Below are positions 9,623 through 19,311 of a DNA stretch of 64,000 bases, in pieces; within the stretch, counting starts at the first letter, position 1, and every line of letters starts with the position of its first letter. Source of the stretch: Actinomycetota bacterium (lineage in GTDB: Bacteria; Actinomycetota; Geothermincolia; Geothermincolales; RBG-13-55-18); contig JACIXB010000009.1 of assembly GCA_014360685.1 (NCBI GenBank), positions 1,971 to 65,970 of the forward strand. The letters run 5' to 3'. A program made the position numbers and the translations under genes. The notes under the pieces were generated by a model. The model did not search any database, was not told where the DNA came from, and was given only the letters and a program-made list of their open reading frames with translations.

Positions 9623-11092
9623 ATGGGATTGAAGGTCACCTTCGTCTATCCCGACTTCTTCCAGTACGACGAGGAGCATTACCTCCCGGAGGGTCGCATT
9701 TACCTGGGGATCGGCTACCTTTCCGCCTACCTCAAGCGCGAGGGCCACCGTACCTCCCTCGTCCACCTGGTGCGCCCGGTGGGAAGGGAGGAGCTCCTGG
9801 AGCGGGTTCGCGCGGAGGCGCCGGACGTCCTGGCCTTCTCCAGCACCACCCACATGTTCCCCCACGTGCGGAAATGGGTGGGGTGGATAAAGGAGGACAT
9901 GGATATTTTTACCATATGCGGAGGCGCCCACCCCACCCTGGACCCGGAAGGAGCTCTCCGGGACGCCCCCCTGGACGCCGTGTGCCTGGGGGAGGGAGAG
10001 GAGGCGCTGGCCGAGCTGTGCGCGGCCCTGGAGGAGGGGAAAGACCCCACCGGCATACGGTCCCTGTGGTTCCGCGTGGAGGGGGAGGTGCGTCGCAACC
10101 CGGTGCGGCCGTTGGTGGAGGACCTGGACTCCCTTCCCTTCCCGGACCGGGACATCTTCGACCCCGCCTGTTTCTGTCCCCAACAGCACGAGCGGGGGAC
10201 CCTCATGGCCTCACGGGGCTGCCCCTACTCCTGCACCTACTGCTCCAACCACGCCCAGAGGAGTATCTACCCCAACAAGCGCAAGTACGTCCGTTTCCGA
10301 AGCGTGGACAACGTGATGCGGGAGATCGCGCAGATCGTCGCCGCGGACGCGGAGGGGCGCCTTCGCTACATCCGCTTCGACGACGACATCCTCACCCTGC
10401 ACCCCGAGTGGTTCCGGGAGCTTACCTCCCGTTACCGCCGGGAGGTGAACCTCCCCTTCATCTGCAATTCCCGGGTCAACGTGCTGGATGAGGAGACGGT
10501 GAAGGCCTTCGCCGAAGCCGGGTGTTCGGTCATCTGCATGGGCATCGAGAGCGGTAACCAGGAATTGAGGAGGAAGGTGCTTGGCCGGCACATGTCCGAC
10601 GGGGACATCGTCAGGGCCTTCCGTCTATGCCGGAAATACGGCATCAAGACCGTCTCCACCAACATGACCGGCCTCCCGGACGAGGACCTCCCGGCCCTCC
10701 TGGACACGGTGAAGATAAACGCCCGTGCCCGCCCCGACTGCCTCCAGGTATCCACCTACCATCCCTATCCCAACACCCGCCTGTACGCCTATTGCCAAAG
10801 GAAAGGTTACCTTACCGGGAGGCACGTGGACACCATCTTCGACGGGCGCAGCGCCCTGGACGTCCCCGCTTTCCGGGACCCGGCCTACGCTTACGCCAAG
10901 GAGAAGTTCTACCCCCTGGCCGAGCTCTACTCCCGGCTCTTCGAAGCCGGCCTCCCCGGGGAGGTGGCCGCGCGCTGGCTGGACCTGGTGTTTCTATCCG
11001 GGAGGATTCCTTGGAGGTGGCGGCACCGCCTGCTCTCGCGCCTGGTGGACTGGGCGGACCGCCACTCCCGCTTCGAGTGGATTTACTACTGA
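9623..11092 (+). CDS. B12-binding radical SAM protein
   Basis: N-terminal cobalamin-binding region (GGAHPT, GEGE); SRGCPYSCTYC CxxxCxxC motif; GIESG. Confidence 0.9.
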   Translation: MGLKVTFVYPDFFQYDEEHYLPEGRIYLGIGYLSAYLKREGHRTSLVHLVRPVGREELLERVRAEAPDVLAFSSTTHMFPHVRKWVGWIKEDMDIFTICGGAHPTLDPEGALRDAPLDAVCLGEGEEALAELCAALEEGKDPTGIRSLWFRVEGEVRRNPVRPLVEDLDSLPFPDRDIFDPACFCPQQHERGTLMASRGCPYSCTYCSNHAQRSIYPNKRKYVRFRSVDNVMREIAQIVAADAEGRLRYIRFDDDILTLHPEWFRELTSRYRREVNLPFICNSRVNVLDEETVKAFAEAGCSVICMGIESGNQELRRKVLGRHMSDGDIVRAFRLCRKYGIKTVSTNMTGLPDEDLPALLDTVKINARARPDCLQVSTYHPYPNTRLYAYCQRKGYLTGRHVDTIFDGRSALDVPAFRDPAYAYAKEKFYPLAELYSRLFEAGLPGEVAARWLDLVFLSGRIPWRWRHRLLSRLVDWADRHSRFEWIYY

Positions 11093-11558
11093 GGGGAGAT
11101 ATTGCCGGGTGGGCGGCGGGTTTTGCCGTTGCCGAGGGGCAGGGGGATCGGCGGTGCCGGTCAGGCATCTTCAAGGTGATGGGTCACTGGAGGGAAAAAG
11201 GTCTCCAGCGACGAAGTCCTTTTTAGGAATTCATGCGTTTGCCGTGTTCAGGGACAGGGATGCGCCGTATCTCGATTCCCGCACTTGGGTATGGGCCCAC
11301 GTGCTTGGTATACGGGGGGAGGGTAACCGCCTTGGTCCTTCAATTAAGGAATGGTTTAAGAGCAACGACGGGGATCCGTAGCCGGTACGCAGTACCACGA
11401 CCATGTAATGTTCGGGCCGGCGGAGGTCGATGTTAAGGATTAGTGAAGCGCGCGGATCTTGGACAGGCGGCAAACATGCCCGTCACTCAAGACCTTGGAG
11501 GCGGGGCTGCGGAAGTAATAAGAGTCGCCTCGTTTAAGTCTTAGGGGAGGGGTCGGCG

Positions 11559-12626
11559 ATGACCAGCCGGAGGTTTTGTCCGGAGTGCGGAGCTTCCCGC
11601 CGCATAGTGCGGGAGCACCGCTGGCTGAGCGACGGGACCATCGTGCAGGCCAAGAATCCCGATCACCGCATGATCTTCATCGAGAACGAGAACATAAACG
11701 GGATCTTCCGCAACATCGAGGAAATCATTTCCATGTCCATAGAGCGCATCATCGTGGAGGCCAAGCGGCGGGCCACCTTCGACTTCGTTGACCACATCCT
11801 CCCCGGGGTGGTCAAGGCGGTGGTGCAAAGGGTGGGCGTGAGGCCGGTGATACGCAACATCACCGCCCTGGGAAAGGTCATGGGCTACGGGAACATCGAG
11901 CTGGCCAACCTGAGGCGGGTGCGGGACGAGGGGGATTACGTGACCATCCACACCCGCGGCCTTTATTCCATCCCCCTCTTCTGCGGGGACCTGGCCGGTT
12001 CCTTCAACGCCATCGACCGCCGCGAGGTGGCGGTGAGCTACCGCGAGCTGGGACCCGATGAGCTCGAGCTCACCGGCTTCATCTCCGTCCACCCCATGGA
12101 GCTCATGGACCGGCTGAAGCCCGTTCCCTACACCCACAAGGAAGGGGACATACGGCTGGAGAGGTGCGGGAAGTGCGGCGGGCCCAGGGCCCTGGCCGAC
12201 TACCGGTGGGACTGGGAGAAGGGGATGATCCTCCACCGGGAGAGCGGGAGGCGGATGGTCATCCTGGGCCCCTCCACCATCGACACCATAATCGACGAGC
12301 TGCAGAAGGAGCTGGGGGAGAGCATCCCCGAGGTGGTCATCGAGGCCCAGAGGCGCTTCGTGCGCGAGGGCTTCTATTCCCTGGACGAGGCCCGCACCTT
12401 CGAGGACTTCCGGAAGGCCCTGGCCCTGCGGGGACTGGGGAACCTCCGGGACATGGACTGGTCCGCCGACCGGTTGCGCTTCCGCCTGGAGAACCCCTGC
12501 CTGTTCCTCCCCATGGTGGGCCTGGTCCTGGGGATATTCGAGCTCCGTTCGGGCAAGGATGGAAGCGCGGAATGGGAGGTTCGCCCGGACGGCGACCTGG
12601 TGGTGGAGGTGAGCCCCAAGCCCTGA
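11559..12626 (+). CDS. Hypothetical protein with two CxxC modules (V4R-like); paralog of 17187-18326
   Basis: GC3-biased ORF with an RBS; CPECG...W..DG module repeated as CGKCG...W.WEKG. Confidence 0.75.
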   Translation: MTSRRFCPECGASRRIVREHRWLSDGTIVQAKNPDHRMIFIENENINGIFRNIEEIISMSIERIIVEAKRRATFDFVDHILPGVVKAVVQRVGVRPVIRNITALGKVMGYGNIELANLRRVRDEGDYVTIHTRGLYSIPLFCGDLAGSFNAIDRREVAVSYRELGPDELELTGFISVHPMELMDRLKPVPYTHKEGDIRLERCGKCGGPRALADYRWDWEKGMILHRESGRRMVILGPSTIDTIIDELQKELGESIPEVVIEAQRRFVREGFYSLDEARTFEDFRKALALRGLGNLRDMDWSADRLRFRLENPCLFLPMVGLVLGIFELRSGKDGSAEWEVRPDGDLVVEVSPKP

Positions 12627-12643
12627 GGGCTCCCGCGGCTTTT

Positions 12644-12928
12644 TCACTCCGGGCAGGAGCAGGGGATGGAGCCGCAGCGCGGGCACCCGTGCGCGTACTT
12701 GCCCGCGGACTCCTGCAGGTCGATATCGCAGAGGTTGGCCAGGCTGGCCAACCAGGCAAGGACGTCGGCGAACTCCTCGTCAAGCGAGTCCCGGTCGCCG
12801 CTTCGCAGGGCGCGGGAGAGCTCCCCCATCTCCTCCACCAGCCAGGCGAAGGTCTCCGGCAGGCCCCGTCGACGGTCCCTGTCGAGGAAGGTCCTCCCGA
12901 GGAGTTCCTGAAAATCCCTTATCTCCAT
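12644..12928 (-). CDS. MazG-like nucleotide pyrophosphohydrolase
   Basis: WLVEEMGEL...EEFADV motif; C-terminal CPRC...C-x-C. Confidence 0.85.
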   Translation of the reverse strand: MEIRDFQELLGRTFLDRDRRRGLPETFAWLVEEMGELSRALRSGDRDSLDEEFADVLAWLASLANLCDIDLQESAGKYAHGCPRCGSIPCSCPE

Positions 12929-13402
12929 GTGTCCCCCAAGTCACCGCTTGATCGCCGGGGCGGATCAGGAGGCGAACCCACGTTTTTCCTGGAAATCCGC
13001 CATCTCCACGGATGCCTTGTACTTCCTTGCTCTTCGCGTGGTCCGGAAAGATGACCAAGGGCCGGCCTCCTCCCGGTCTCCTCCCTCTCCCTTGCCTGCC
13101 TCGGGCGTCTTACCGTCTAACGTGGGCAGGAATCGTCCTCCTCCGCCAGGCCCATTTCTGGTCCACCCAAAGTATATACTTTTCCTTCCTGCCGGCCCCT
13201 TTCAGGGGCGGAAAAAACACGACTATGAACGATCGCGAATGGAGCCGAGCCGCGGCTTCTCCGGGCGCCGGGATGACGCCGGGTGCCCCGCAGGCAGGGG
13301 GGGACACATTGGGCCGACCCTCTTGCGCATGTCTCGCCGGGATTTTGCGTCCCGCCTCCGGGGCCGGTTGCGGTAATCGGCGGCGATCACCTTGCTCGTA
13401 TT

Positions 13403-13411
13403 TGCTATAAT
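13403..13411 (+). promoter_or_regulatory. Extended -10 promoter of the tRNA-Leu
   Basis: TGCTATAAT about 30 nt upstream of the tRNA. Confidence 0.6.
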
Positions 13412-13441
13412 AACTTTTGCGCCCGGGAAAAGCGGGCATAC

Positions 13442-13528
13442 GGGCGAGTGGCGGAATTGGTAGACGCGCTGGGTTCAGGGTCCAGTGCTCGTAGGGGCAT
13501 GCGGGTTCGAGTCCCGCCTCGCCCACCA
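13442..13528 (+). tRNA. tRNA-Leu (anticodon CAG)
   Basis: GGGCGAG/CTCGCCC acceptor stem; D-loop GGAATTGGTAGAC; anticodon arm CTGGG-TTCAGGG-TCCAG; long variable arm; GGTTCGAGTCC T-arm; encoded CCA. Confidence 0.97.
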
Positions 13529-13536
13529 GGCGTAAG

Positions 13537-13560
13537 AGGGCGGCGTCAAGCCGCCCTTTG
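13537..13560 (+). terminator. Intrinsic terminator after tRNA-Leu
   Basis: AGGGCGGC-gtcaa-GCCGCCCT hairpin followed by a short T run. Confidence 0.65.
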
Positions 13561-13641
13561 AATTGTCACGCTTGATACCGCCGGGCGCCCCTTTGTATAG
13601 TGGCACTGGCCCCGGAAAGCGGCGGAGAAGGATGTAAGCCA

Positions 13642-14676
13642 TTGTACGCCCAGACCAGGACTCCGAGGTTCAGCAGGCGGCGCAGAAAGAGCCCTGCCCC
13701 GGCCATCATCATCGCCGTGGTCGTCCTCCTCCTCGGTTGCTGGCTTTTCAACCTCACCTGCGGCAGGGGCAAGAAGGAGGACGCCTCCTCCCTGAGCGAG
13801 TACGCCAACCGTATAAAGGCCCTGGTGGAGGCCTCCAACGGCATCGGGCAGTCCTTCGCTTCCCTGCGGGCCACCCTCGCGGAATTGATAGGGGATACCG
13901 GGAACCTGGGCGCCAGGCTGGAGGAACTGGAAGGCCAGGCCCTGGACCTCCTCGGCCAGGTCAAGGCCGTGGTCCCACCCCGGAGCCTGGAAAACGCCCA
14001 CTACGCCCTGGTTATCTGCTTCGAGCAGCGCTACCGCGCCCTGAAGAATTACCGTCCCGACATCATCAACGCCATATCCGCGCTGGAGATCGACGTTTAC
14101 GCGGAGAGCATCAGCCAGGACATGCTGGAGCTCGTTTACTCCGACGGGAATTACCTATTCTTCCGCCGCGCCCTGGAGGACCTCCTGGCGGCCAACAACC
14201 TGCAGGACCTGGATCTGCCCGATTCCCGGTGGCTCGAGGACTGGGAGAGCGCCTCCGTGGAGAGGGTGCGCTCCTTCCTCCAGGCGCTCAAGGGCACCGA
14301 AGTGCACGGCCTGGCCCTGGGAAAGGTGACCTTCGATCCCGCGGGGACGGTGGTGAGCATGGATGGAGACGACGTCCACCGCCTTCCGGCCGTGGACGAG
14401 ATCAGCGTGACCGCGGTGGTGGAGAACCAGGGTAACCGTCCCGAGAACGGGGTGACCGTGACCCTGAGCTTGTACTCCAAGATCGATACCACGCCCGTGC
14501 GCCAGGAGAAGACCATCGACAGGCTCGGGCCGGGGGAAAAGGTGCAGGTGGTGTTCAGCGGGCTGCGCCCCACCACGGGAGGAGTGCGCAACATCCTGGA
14601 GATCAAGGTCGAACCGGTGCCCAAGGAGACCTTTATCGACAACAACCAGAAGTTGATATACTTCACCTTAGGATGA
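13642..14676 (+). CDS. Membrane-anchored protein with C-terminal CARDB/Ig-like domain
   Basis: Basic N-terminus plus hydrophobic helix; VENQG...LGPGE...NN pattern. Start moved to TTG 13642 because a TTGATA-18-TATAGT promoter overlaps 13600. Confidence 0.7.
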   Translation: MYAQTRTPRFSRRRRKSPAPAIIIAVVVLLLGCWLFNLTCGRGKKEDASSLSEYANRIKALVEASNGIGQSFASLRATLAELIGDTGNLGARLEELEGQALDLLGQVKAVVPPRSLENAHYALVICFEQRYRALKNYRPDIINAISALEIDVYAESISQDMLELVYSDGNYLFFRRALEDLLAANNLQDLDLPDSRWLEDWESASVERVRSFLQALKGTEVHGLALGKVTFDPAGTVVSMDGDDVHRLPAVDEISVTAVVENQGNRPENGVTVTLSLYSKIDTTPVRQEKTIDRLGPGEKVQVVFSGLRPTTGGVRNILEIKVEPVPKETFIDNNQKLIYFTLG

Positions 14677-16307
14677 AAGAACCGAAGACCCTGCACGGCG
14701 AAGACCCTGCGGCCCCCCGCCACTCTCCGGCCGTGGACCTGCTCCGCGAGCACCTGGAGTCCATAAGCGAGGAGATAGTGGACCGCGTCCGGAGAGAGGT
14801 TCCCGCCTTCGCGGAGATGCCGGAATCCTTCATGCCCCTGCTCCGGGAAGTGGGCCGCAAGGCCTGCCTGACCCTCTTCAGGGGCATGGAGGGTTCCCTC
14901 CCCCCCGACTGGAGGATGGAGGTGGGGGAACTTCGCGGATTCGAGCTGGTGGACGTTCTGCGCGCCTTCCAGGTGGGAAGCGAGGTGGTCTGGAGCTGGG
15001 CCAAGCGGCTCTGGGAGGCGGAAGGATTCCCGGACCGCGAGCTGGTGGGGGTGGCGGAGACCATATGGGACGCCTATTTCCGGGCCGCCAACTCGGTGGC
15101 CGATGAGTACCTGCGCCACCGGCAGGCCCTGGTGAGGGAGTTCAACCGCTTCCTCAACCGGCTCCGGGCGGGCCAGGACGTGGATTACCTGGTGGGGCAG
15201 ATCGTCGAGGGGGCCTGCGAGGTGCTCGGCTTCCGCCGCGCCGTGTTCTTCCGTTACGAGCACGAGATGCTCATACCCGCCGCGGCTCGGGACCGCCTGG
15301 ACGAGGACTGGGGGGATGCGCTTCTCCGGGAGAAGAAGGCCTATCCCATCCACCCCCTATCGGACAGCCCGGAGGCGCAGGCCTTTTTCGCCGGGGCGGT
15401 GAAGGAGGGGCGCGGGGACGAGCCGGCGAGGACGGCCTTCCTGGACCCCTTGCCCGGTTCACGTTATTTCCTGGTTCCCGTGAACCCTCAAGGCTCTTTG
15501 AAGGGGCTCTTCTACGTGGAGGCGGAGGCGGGGATGCCGGTCACCGACAGGGACCTGGAGATGCTCGGTTCCTTCGCCGACACGGTGGGCCTGTCCCTGG
15601 AGAACGCCCGCCTGTACCAGGAGCTCATGGCCCGGAGAAAGATGATGGACCACCTCCTCTCCAGGGTGAACACCGCCCACGAGGAGGAAAGGGCCCGCAT
15701 CGCGCGCGAGCTTCACGATTCCGTGGCCCAGTCCCTGCTGAAGATCATCTACACCGCGGGTTTCGCCCTCGATTTCCTCAAGGAGGACCCGAGGCTGGCG
15801 GTGGAGGAGATCGAGGAAGTGCAGCAAAGGGCCAAGGACTGCCTCCGGGAATTGCGGGCCATCATGTCCAACCTGAGGCCCACCTCCCTGGATATCCTGG
15901 GGCTACGGGAGACCATCCAGCGCTACGCCGAGCAATTCGAGGAGGAGTACGCCATCACCACCACCGTGGACCTGCAGGGGCTGGAATCCCTTTCTCCCTC
16001 CGTGGAGTTGGCCGTCTTCCGCATCCTGCAGGAGGAGCTGACCAACGTGCGCAAGCATTCCAATGCCGAATCGGTGCACATAAAGACGGAGAGAAAGGGC
16101 GACGACCTCTACCTGGTGGTGGAGGACGACGGGATCGGTTTCGACCCCCAGTCCCTGGCCGCGGAGCAGGAAAGCGGAAAACACCTCGGCCTGGTGGCCA
16201 TACGGGAGCGGGCGGAACTGCTGGGCGGGGAGATGACCATCGACTCGGAGCCCGGACGGGGAACGCGCATCATCGTGCGCATCCCCATGATGGTGGCGGG
16301 GGAATGA
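14673..16307 (+). CDS. Cytoplasmic GAF sensor histidine kinase (HisKA_3, NarX/DegS-like)
   Basis: EERARIARELHD H-box; QEELTNVRKH N-box; EDDGIGF, GL..IRER and G.GT motifs; GAF region; no TM. Confidence 0.92.
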   Translation: MKEPKTLHGEDPAAPRHSPAVDLLREHLESISEEIVDRVRREVPAFAEMPESFMPLLREVGRKACLTLFRGMEGSLPPDWRMEVGELRGFELVDVLRAFQVGSEVVWSWAKRLWEAEGFPDRELVGVAETIWDAYFRAANSVADEYLRHRQALVREFNRFLNRLRAGQDVDYLVGQIVEGACEVLGFRRAVFFRYEHEMLIPAAARDRLDEDWGDALLREKKAYPIHPLSDSPEAQAFFAGAVKEGRGDEPARTAFLDPLPGSRYFLVPVNPQGSLKGLFYVEAEAGMPVTDRDLEMLGSFADTVGLSLENARLYQELMARRKMMDHLLSRVNTAHEEERARIARELHDSVAQSLLKIIYTAGFALDFLKEDPRLAVEEIEEVQQRAKDCLRELRAIMSNLRPTSLDILGLRETIQRYAEQFEEEYAITTTVDLQGLESLSPSVELAVFRILQEELTNVRKHSNAESVHIKTERKGDDLYLVVEDDGIGFDPQSLAAEQESGKHLGLVAIRERAELLGGEMTIDSEPGRGTRIIVRIPMMVAGE

Positions 16308-16308
16308 C

Positions 16309-17010
16309 ATGGCCGGCAGGGGCGAGTCGGTGAACGTGATGCTGGTTGACGACCACGAGGTGGTCCTGGAGGGCCTGATTCGTATCCTGGAGAAACAGGG
16401 AGGGATAAAGATCGTCAGCGTGGCGCGCAGCGCGGAGGAGGCCTTGGAAAAAATTGACAGGTTCCCGCCCGACGTGGTCATCGTGGACATACAGCTTCCG
16501 GGTATGAACGGGATCGAGCTCATCAGGCGCATAAAGTCCCGGTATCCCGACATCGAGGCCATCACCCTTACCGTGTTCGACGACGAGCAGTTCGCCAAGC
16601 AGGCCATCAAGGCGGGGGCCATAGGATACGTGATCAAGGACGCCGCCAAGGAGGAGCTGGTCAAGGCGGTGCGGGCGGCGGCCAAGGGGGAATCGCTGAT
16701 CTCCACCTCCGTGGCCCGCAAGCTCATCGAGGAGATCAGCGAGCCCGCCGGCAGGAAAAAGAGGGAAGAGGAATACGAGGGCCTTTCCCAGAGGGAGCTG
16801 GACGTCATCAAGTTGATGGCCCGCGGCTACAACAACCGGCAGATAGCCGACATCCTCTTCATCAGCGAGCACACGGTGAAGGTCCACATCCGCAACATCT
16901 TCCGCAAGATCGGGGTGACGGACCGCACCAACGCCGTGCTCTGGGCCATCGAAAGGGGGCTGGTCCTCAAGGACAAGGACACCGTCAAACCGGACAAGCC
17001 GCCCGTTTAG
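16309..17010 (+). CDS. NarL/LuxR-family response regulator
   Basis: VDDH...VDIQLP..NG receiver; LSQRE...N.QIA..LFISEHTVKVH LuxR HTH. Confidence 0.95.
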   Translation: MAGRGESVNVMLVDDHEVVLEGLIRILEKQGGIKIVSVARSAEEALEKIDRFPPDVVIVDIQLPGMNGIELIRRIKSRYPDIEAITLTVFDDEQFAKQAIKAGAIGYVIKDAAKEELVKAVRAAAKGESLISTSVARKLIEEISEPAGRKKREEEYEGLSQRELDVIKLMARGYNNRQIADILFISEHTVKVHIRNIFRKIGVTDRTNAVLWAIERGLVLKDKDTVKPDKPPV

Positions 17011-17186
17011 GGAACGCCCCGCCCGCCCTACCCTCTGCCGGCCCTGCCGCGCGCTCGGCATCCTTCCCGGTCTTCCCGCTTTCCCCGGCCGGGGGCAGAC
17101 TGTGCCCGTGCCGCGCGGAGGATACAGGCCGCCAAGGTGGGTGACGCGCTTTGCTGTCTCGCTCCGTCCGGAGGTAGCCCGAGGCC

Positions 17187-18326
17187 TCAGAAGGGCAGGA
17201 TGACCCGCAGGGCGGCGGGAAGGTCCGCCGGCGCCGCCAGGCTGGAGACGGGAAGGAAAGGCCCCTGGATGCGGGGGCCCACCAGGTAATTCCAGGTGGA
17301 GTCCCCCCGGCTCCGGTATTCCACCTCGGGGACCTCTTTTTCCAAACCCTGGAAAACGCCCCCCAGCTTCCAGGACAGCAGCTGCGGGAAGGGCACCCCC
17401 TCGATGAGGGCGTCGATGAGGAAGGGCTTGCGGCTCACCCTCTTGGGCTTTCCCCAGCCGAGGACGGGTAGGCCCATGAAGAAGTTGCGGTAGGCGGTCT
17501 TGTAGTTACCGCCGGGAGGCGAGGCGTGTGCCCTGGCCGTCCTGGTGGTTATCAAGTCCGCGAGGGAGGGGGGGAGCTCCTCCCGGCGCGACCCGCTTAT
17601 CTCCTGGAGGACTTCCTCCCATCCCCGCACCGAGGTTATCACCAGGCGCCGGTGGTCGTTGGGGCGGTATATGGTTCCCAGGTCGGGGTCCCACCTGATC
17701 TCCATGGGAAAAACGGGCAATCGGCACCGTTCGCAGACCTCGAGGTCGTAATCGCGCTCCGGGCGCCGGGAAGGGGTCTCCTTCCCCTGGGGCCAGGCAC
17801 GCCGCTCCACGGTCTTCACCGTCACCTCGTATTCCGTCTCCGACACCTCGGCCATGGAGACCAGGGCTTCCACCCCGAAGAGCCCTTCCCAGAAACCCCA
17901 GAGGTCCCCGGCCAGAAGGTGGGGATGGTAGGGATGACGCACCTTCACCTTCATCTCCCGTCTCGGCTTGAGGGCGGTGACGGAGAGGTTGCCGCTTCCG
18001 TAGAAGGCCGCCTCCCTCAGAGCTTCGCGGATCAACCTCGCCGCCCACGGGCGTCGGGCCAGCAGGCGTCGGCGAGCTCTTCCCAGCTGCGAGAGGATCT
18101 CGCTTCGCGTGAAGGAGCGGCGTTTCTCGCGCAGGGTGTCCAATAATTCCTCGCCCCGGAGCTTAACGCCCTCGGTCAGGATGAGGGAGATCTCCTCGTG
18201 TTCCAGGAAGATGAGCCGGTCGGACCTCTTTTCACGGAAATATATCCCGCCGTCCTCGGCCCAGACCAGTCTCCGGTTGAGGGCCAGGGGAAGGCCGCAC
18301 GATGGACAGTTTTGGGAATCGCTCAT
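17187..18326 (-). CDS. Hypothetical protein with two CxxC modules; paralog of 11559-12626
   Basis: CPSCG...W.EDG and CERC...W...G modules; shares GDL.G motif and overall layout with 11559-12626. Confidence 0.72.
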   Translation of the reverse strand: MSDSQNCPSCGLPLALNRRLVWAEDGGIYFREKRSDRLIFLEHEEISLILTEGVKLRGEELLDTLREKRRSFTRSEILSQLGRARRRLLARRPWAARLIREALREAAFYGSGNLSVTALKPRREMKVKVRHPYHPHLLAGDLWGFWEGLFGVEALVSMAEVSETEYEVTVKTVERRAWPQGKETPSRRPERDYDLEVCERCRLPVFPMEIRWDPDLGTIYRPNDHRRLVITSVRGWEEVLQEISGSRREELPPSLADLITTRTARAHASPPGGNYKTAYRNFFMGLPVLGWGKPKRVSRKPFLIDALIEGVPFPQLLSWKLGGVFQGLEKEVPEVEYRSRGDSTWNYLVGPRIQGPFLPVSSLAAPADLPAALRVILPF

Positions 18327-18476
18327 CTTCCACCTCTTGACAAAAGGTTAATGGAGGAGGAAAACGGGCGCAACCGCGACTTCGACGAGGTTTCTTTCCT
18401 GTTTTGGAGATCCGCCCTTCACCCCGCGCGGTCTTTGTAAGAAAATCGGTGGGGGGATTGAAAATGTGGAAAACGG

Positions 18477-18505
18477 AAAAGGCCCCGCAGGGGGAACGGG
18501 GCCTT
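18477..18505 (-). terminator. Intrinsic terminator
   Basis: Minus strand AAGGCCCCG-loop-CGGGGCCTT hairpin running into a T run (TTTTCCGTTTT). Confidence 0.7.
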
Positions 18506-18800
18506 CCGCTGATGCGGACTCCATTGGGGATTCAGGGGATACCTCAGGGATGATCGGCTGAGCTGCGATCGTGCTGCGATCCTTGCTGCTTTCCCTGCTG
18601 CGACTGGTCTGCGTCTGTACTTCAAACTTTGCGTCATGGGCGAGGGCTTTAAGTAGTCCGTCTGGGCTGCATTCGATGTAATGGGGTAGATGGCTGTCTC
18701 GGCTAGTCGGCTTCGGATGGTGCTAGGGGAATGCTATTGCGTCTACTTAAGGGGGCTGCGACTATTGCGTAACCGGCTCGCCCACGACGTCAATCTTCTT
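18477..18800 (-). ncRNA. Candidate ~320-nt structured non-coding RNA (unassigned)
   Basis: No credible ORF; upstream TATAGT (18808-18813); nested stems CGTCGTGGGCGAG/CTCGCCCATGACG, TTAAGTAG/CTACTTAA and GCATTC/GAATGC; ends at a terminator. Confidence 0.5.
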
Positions 18801-19311
18801 CTCTGGCACTATATCCCCGGGGTCCGCTTGGGGCCTTTTTCAAGGTTCTTTCACCGATAAACAACATAAAAAAGACGGGGACGGAATACCATTCCTCGAA
18901 GGTATTAATTTAAACCGCAAAAAATAATACTCCGGTATTAGTGTTCGGGGACGCCGAAAGGCCCTGAGCCCGCGGTTTCCGCGGCCATCCGAAGGCCATT
19001 TCCGGCCCATCTTTCCTGGCACGACGGGGTATTCGCGGGCCGGATGGAGTCCGCCGGGAGGCCGTTGGGGGCCCGACTTTTCAACCCACGCCATTCGGTC
19101 GACGGGCTATCCGCGGGCCGGGGGATGCCGCCGGTAGGGCATCGAGGGTCGAGGATGGCCGGGCGGGCCGCGTGCCCTTTTCTGGTACCATAAGGGAAGC
19201 GGAGGAAAAAGCGTTAGAGCGGGTGTTCGCCGCGAGATCGAGAAGGGACCGAACGGGCGAACGCCGGGCTCCAAGAGGAGGTGGTATCCACGGCCTCCCG
19301 CGGCCCGGTAG

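Noticed and set aside
11093-11558. Long intergenic region with GGCAAAC (c-di-GMP-I-like)
   Set aside because: No GAAA tetraloop/receptor or GCAAAG second stem; no convincing structure or ORF.
13442-13560. tRNA-Leu as the integration site of the island
   Set aside because: It is followed by its own terminator and housekeeping-like genes; I saw no integrase and no duplicated tRNA 3' end.
18419-18637. 72-aa ORF on the minus strand
   Set aside because: No RBS, atypical codon usage, and it runs through an intrinsic terminator.
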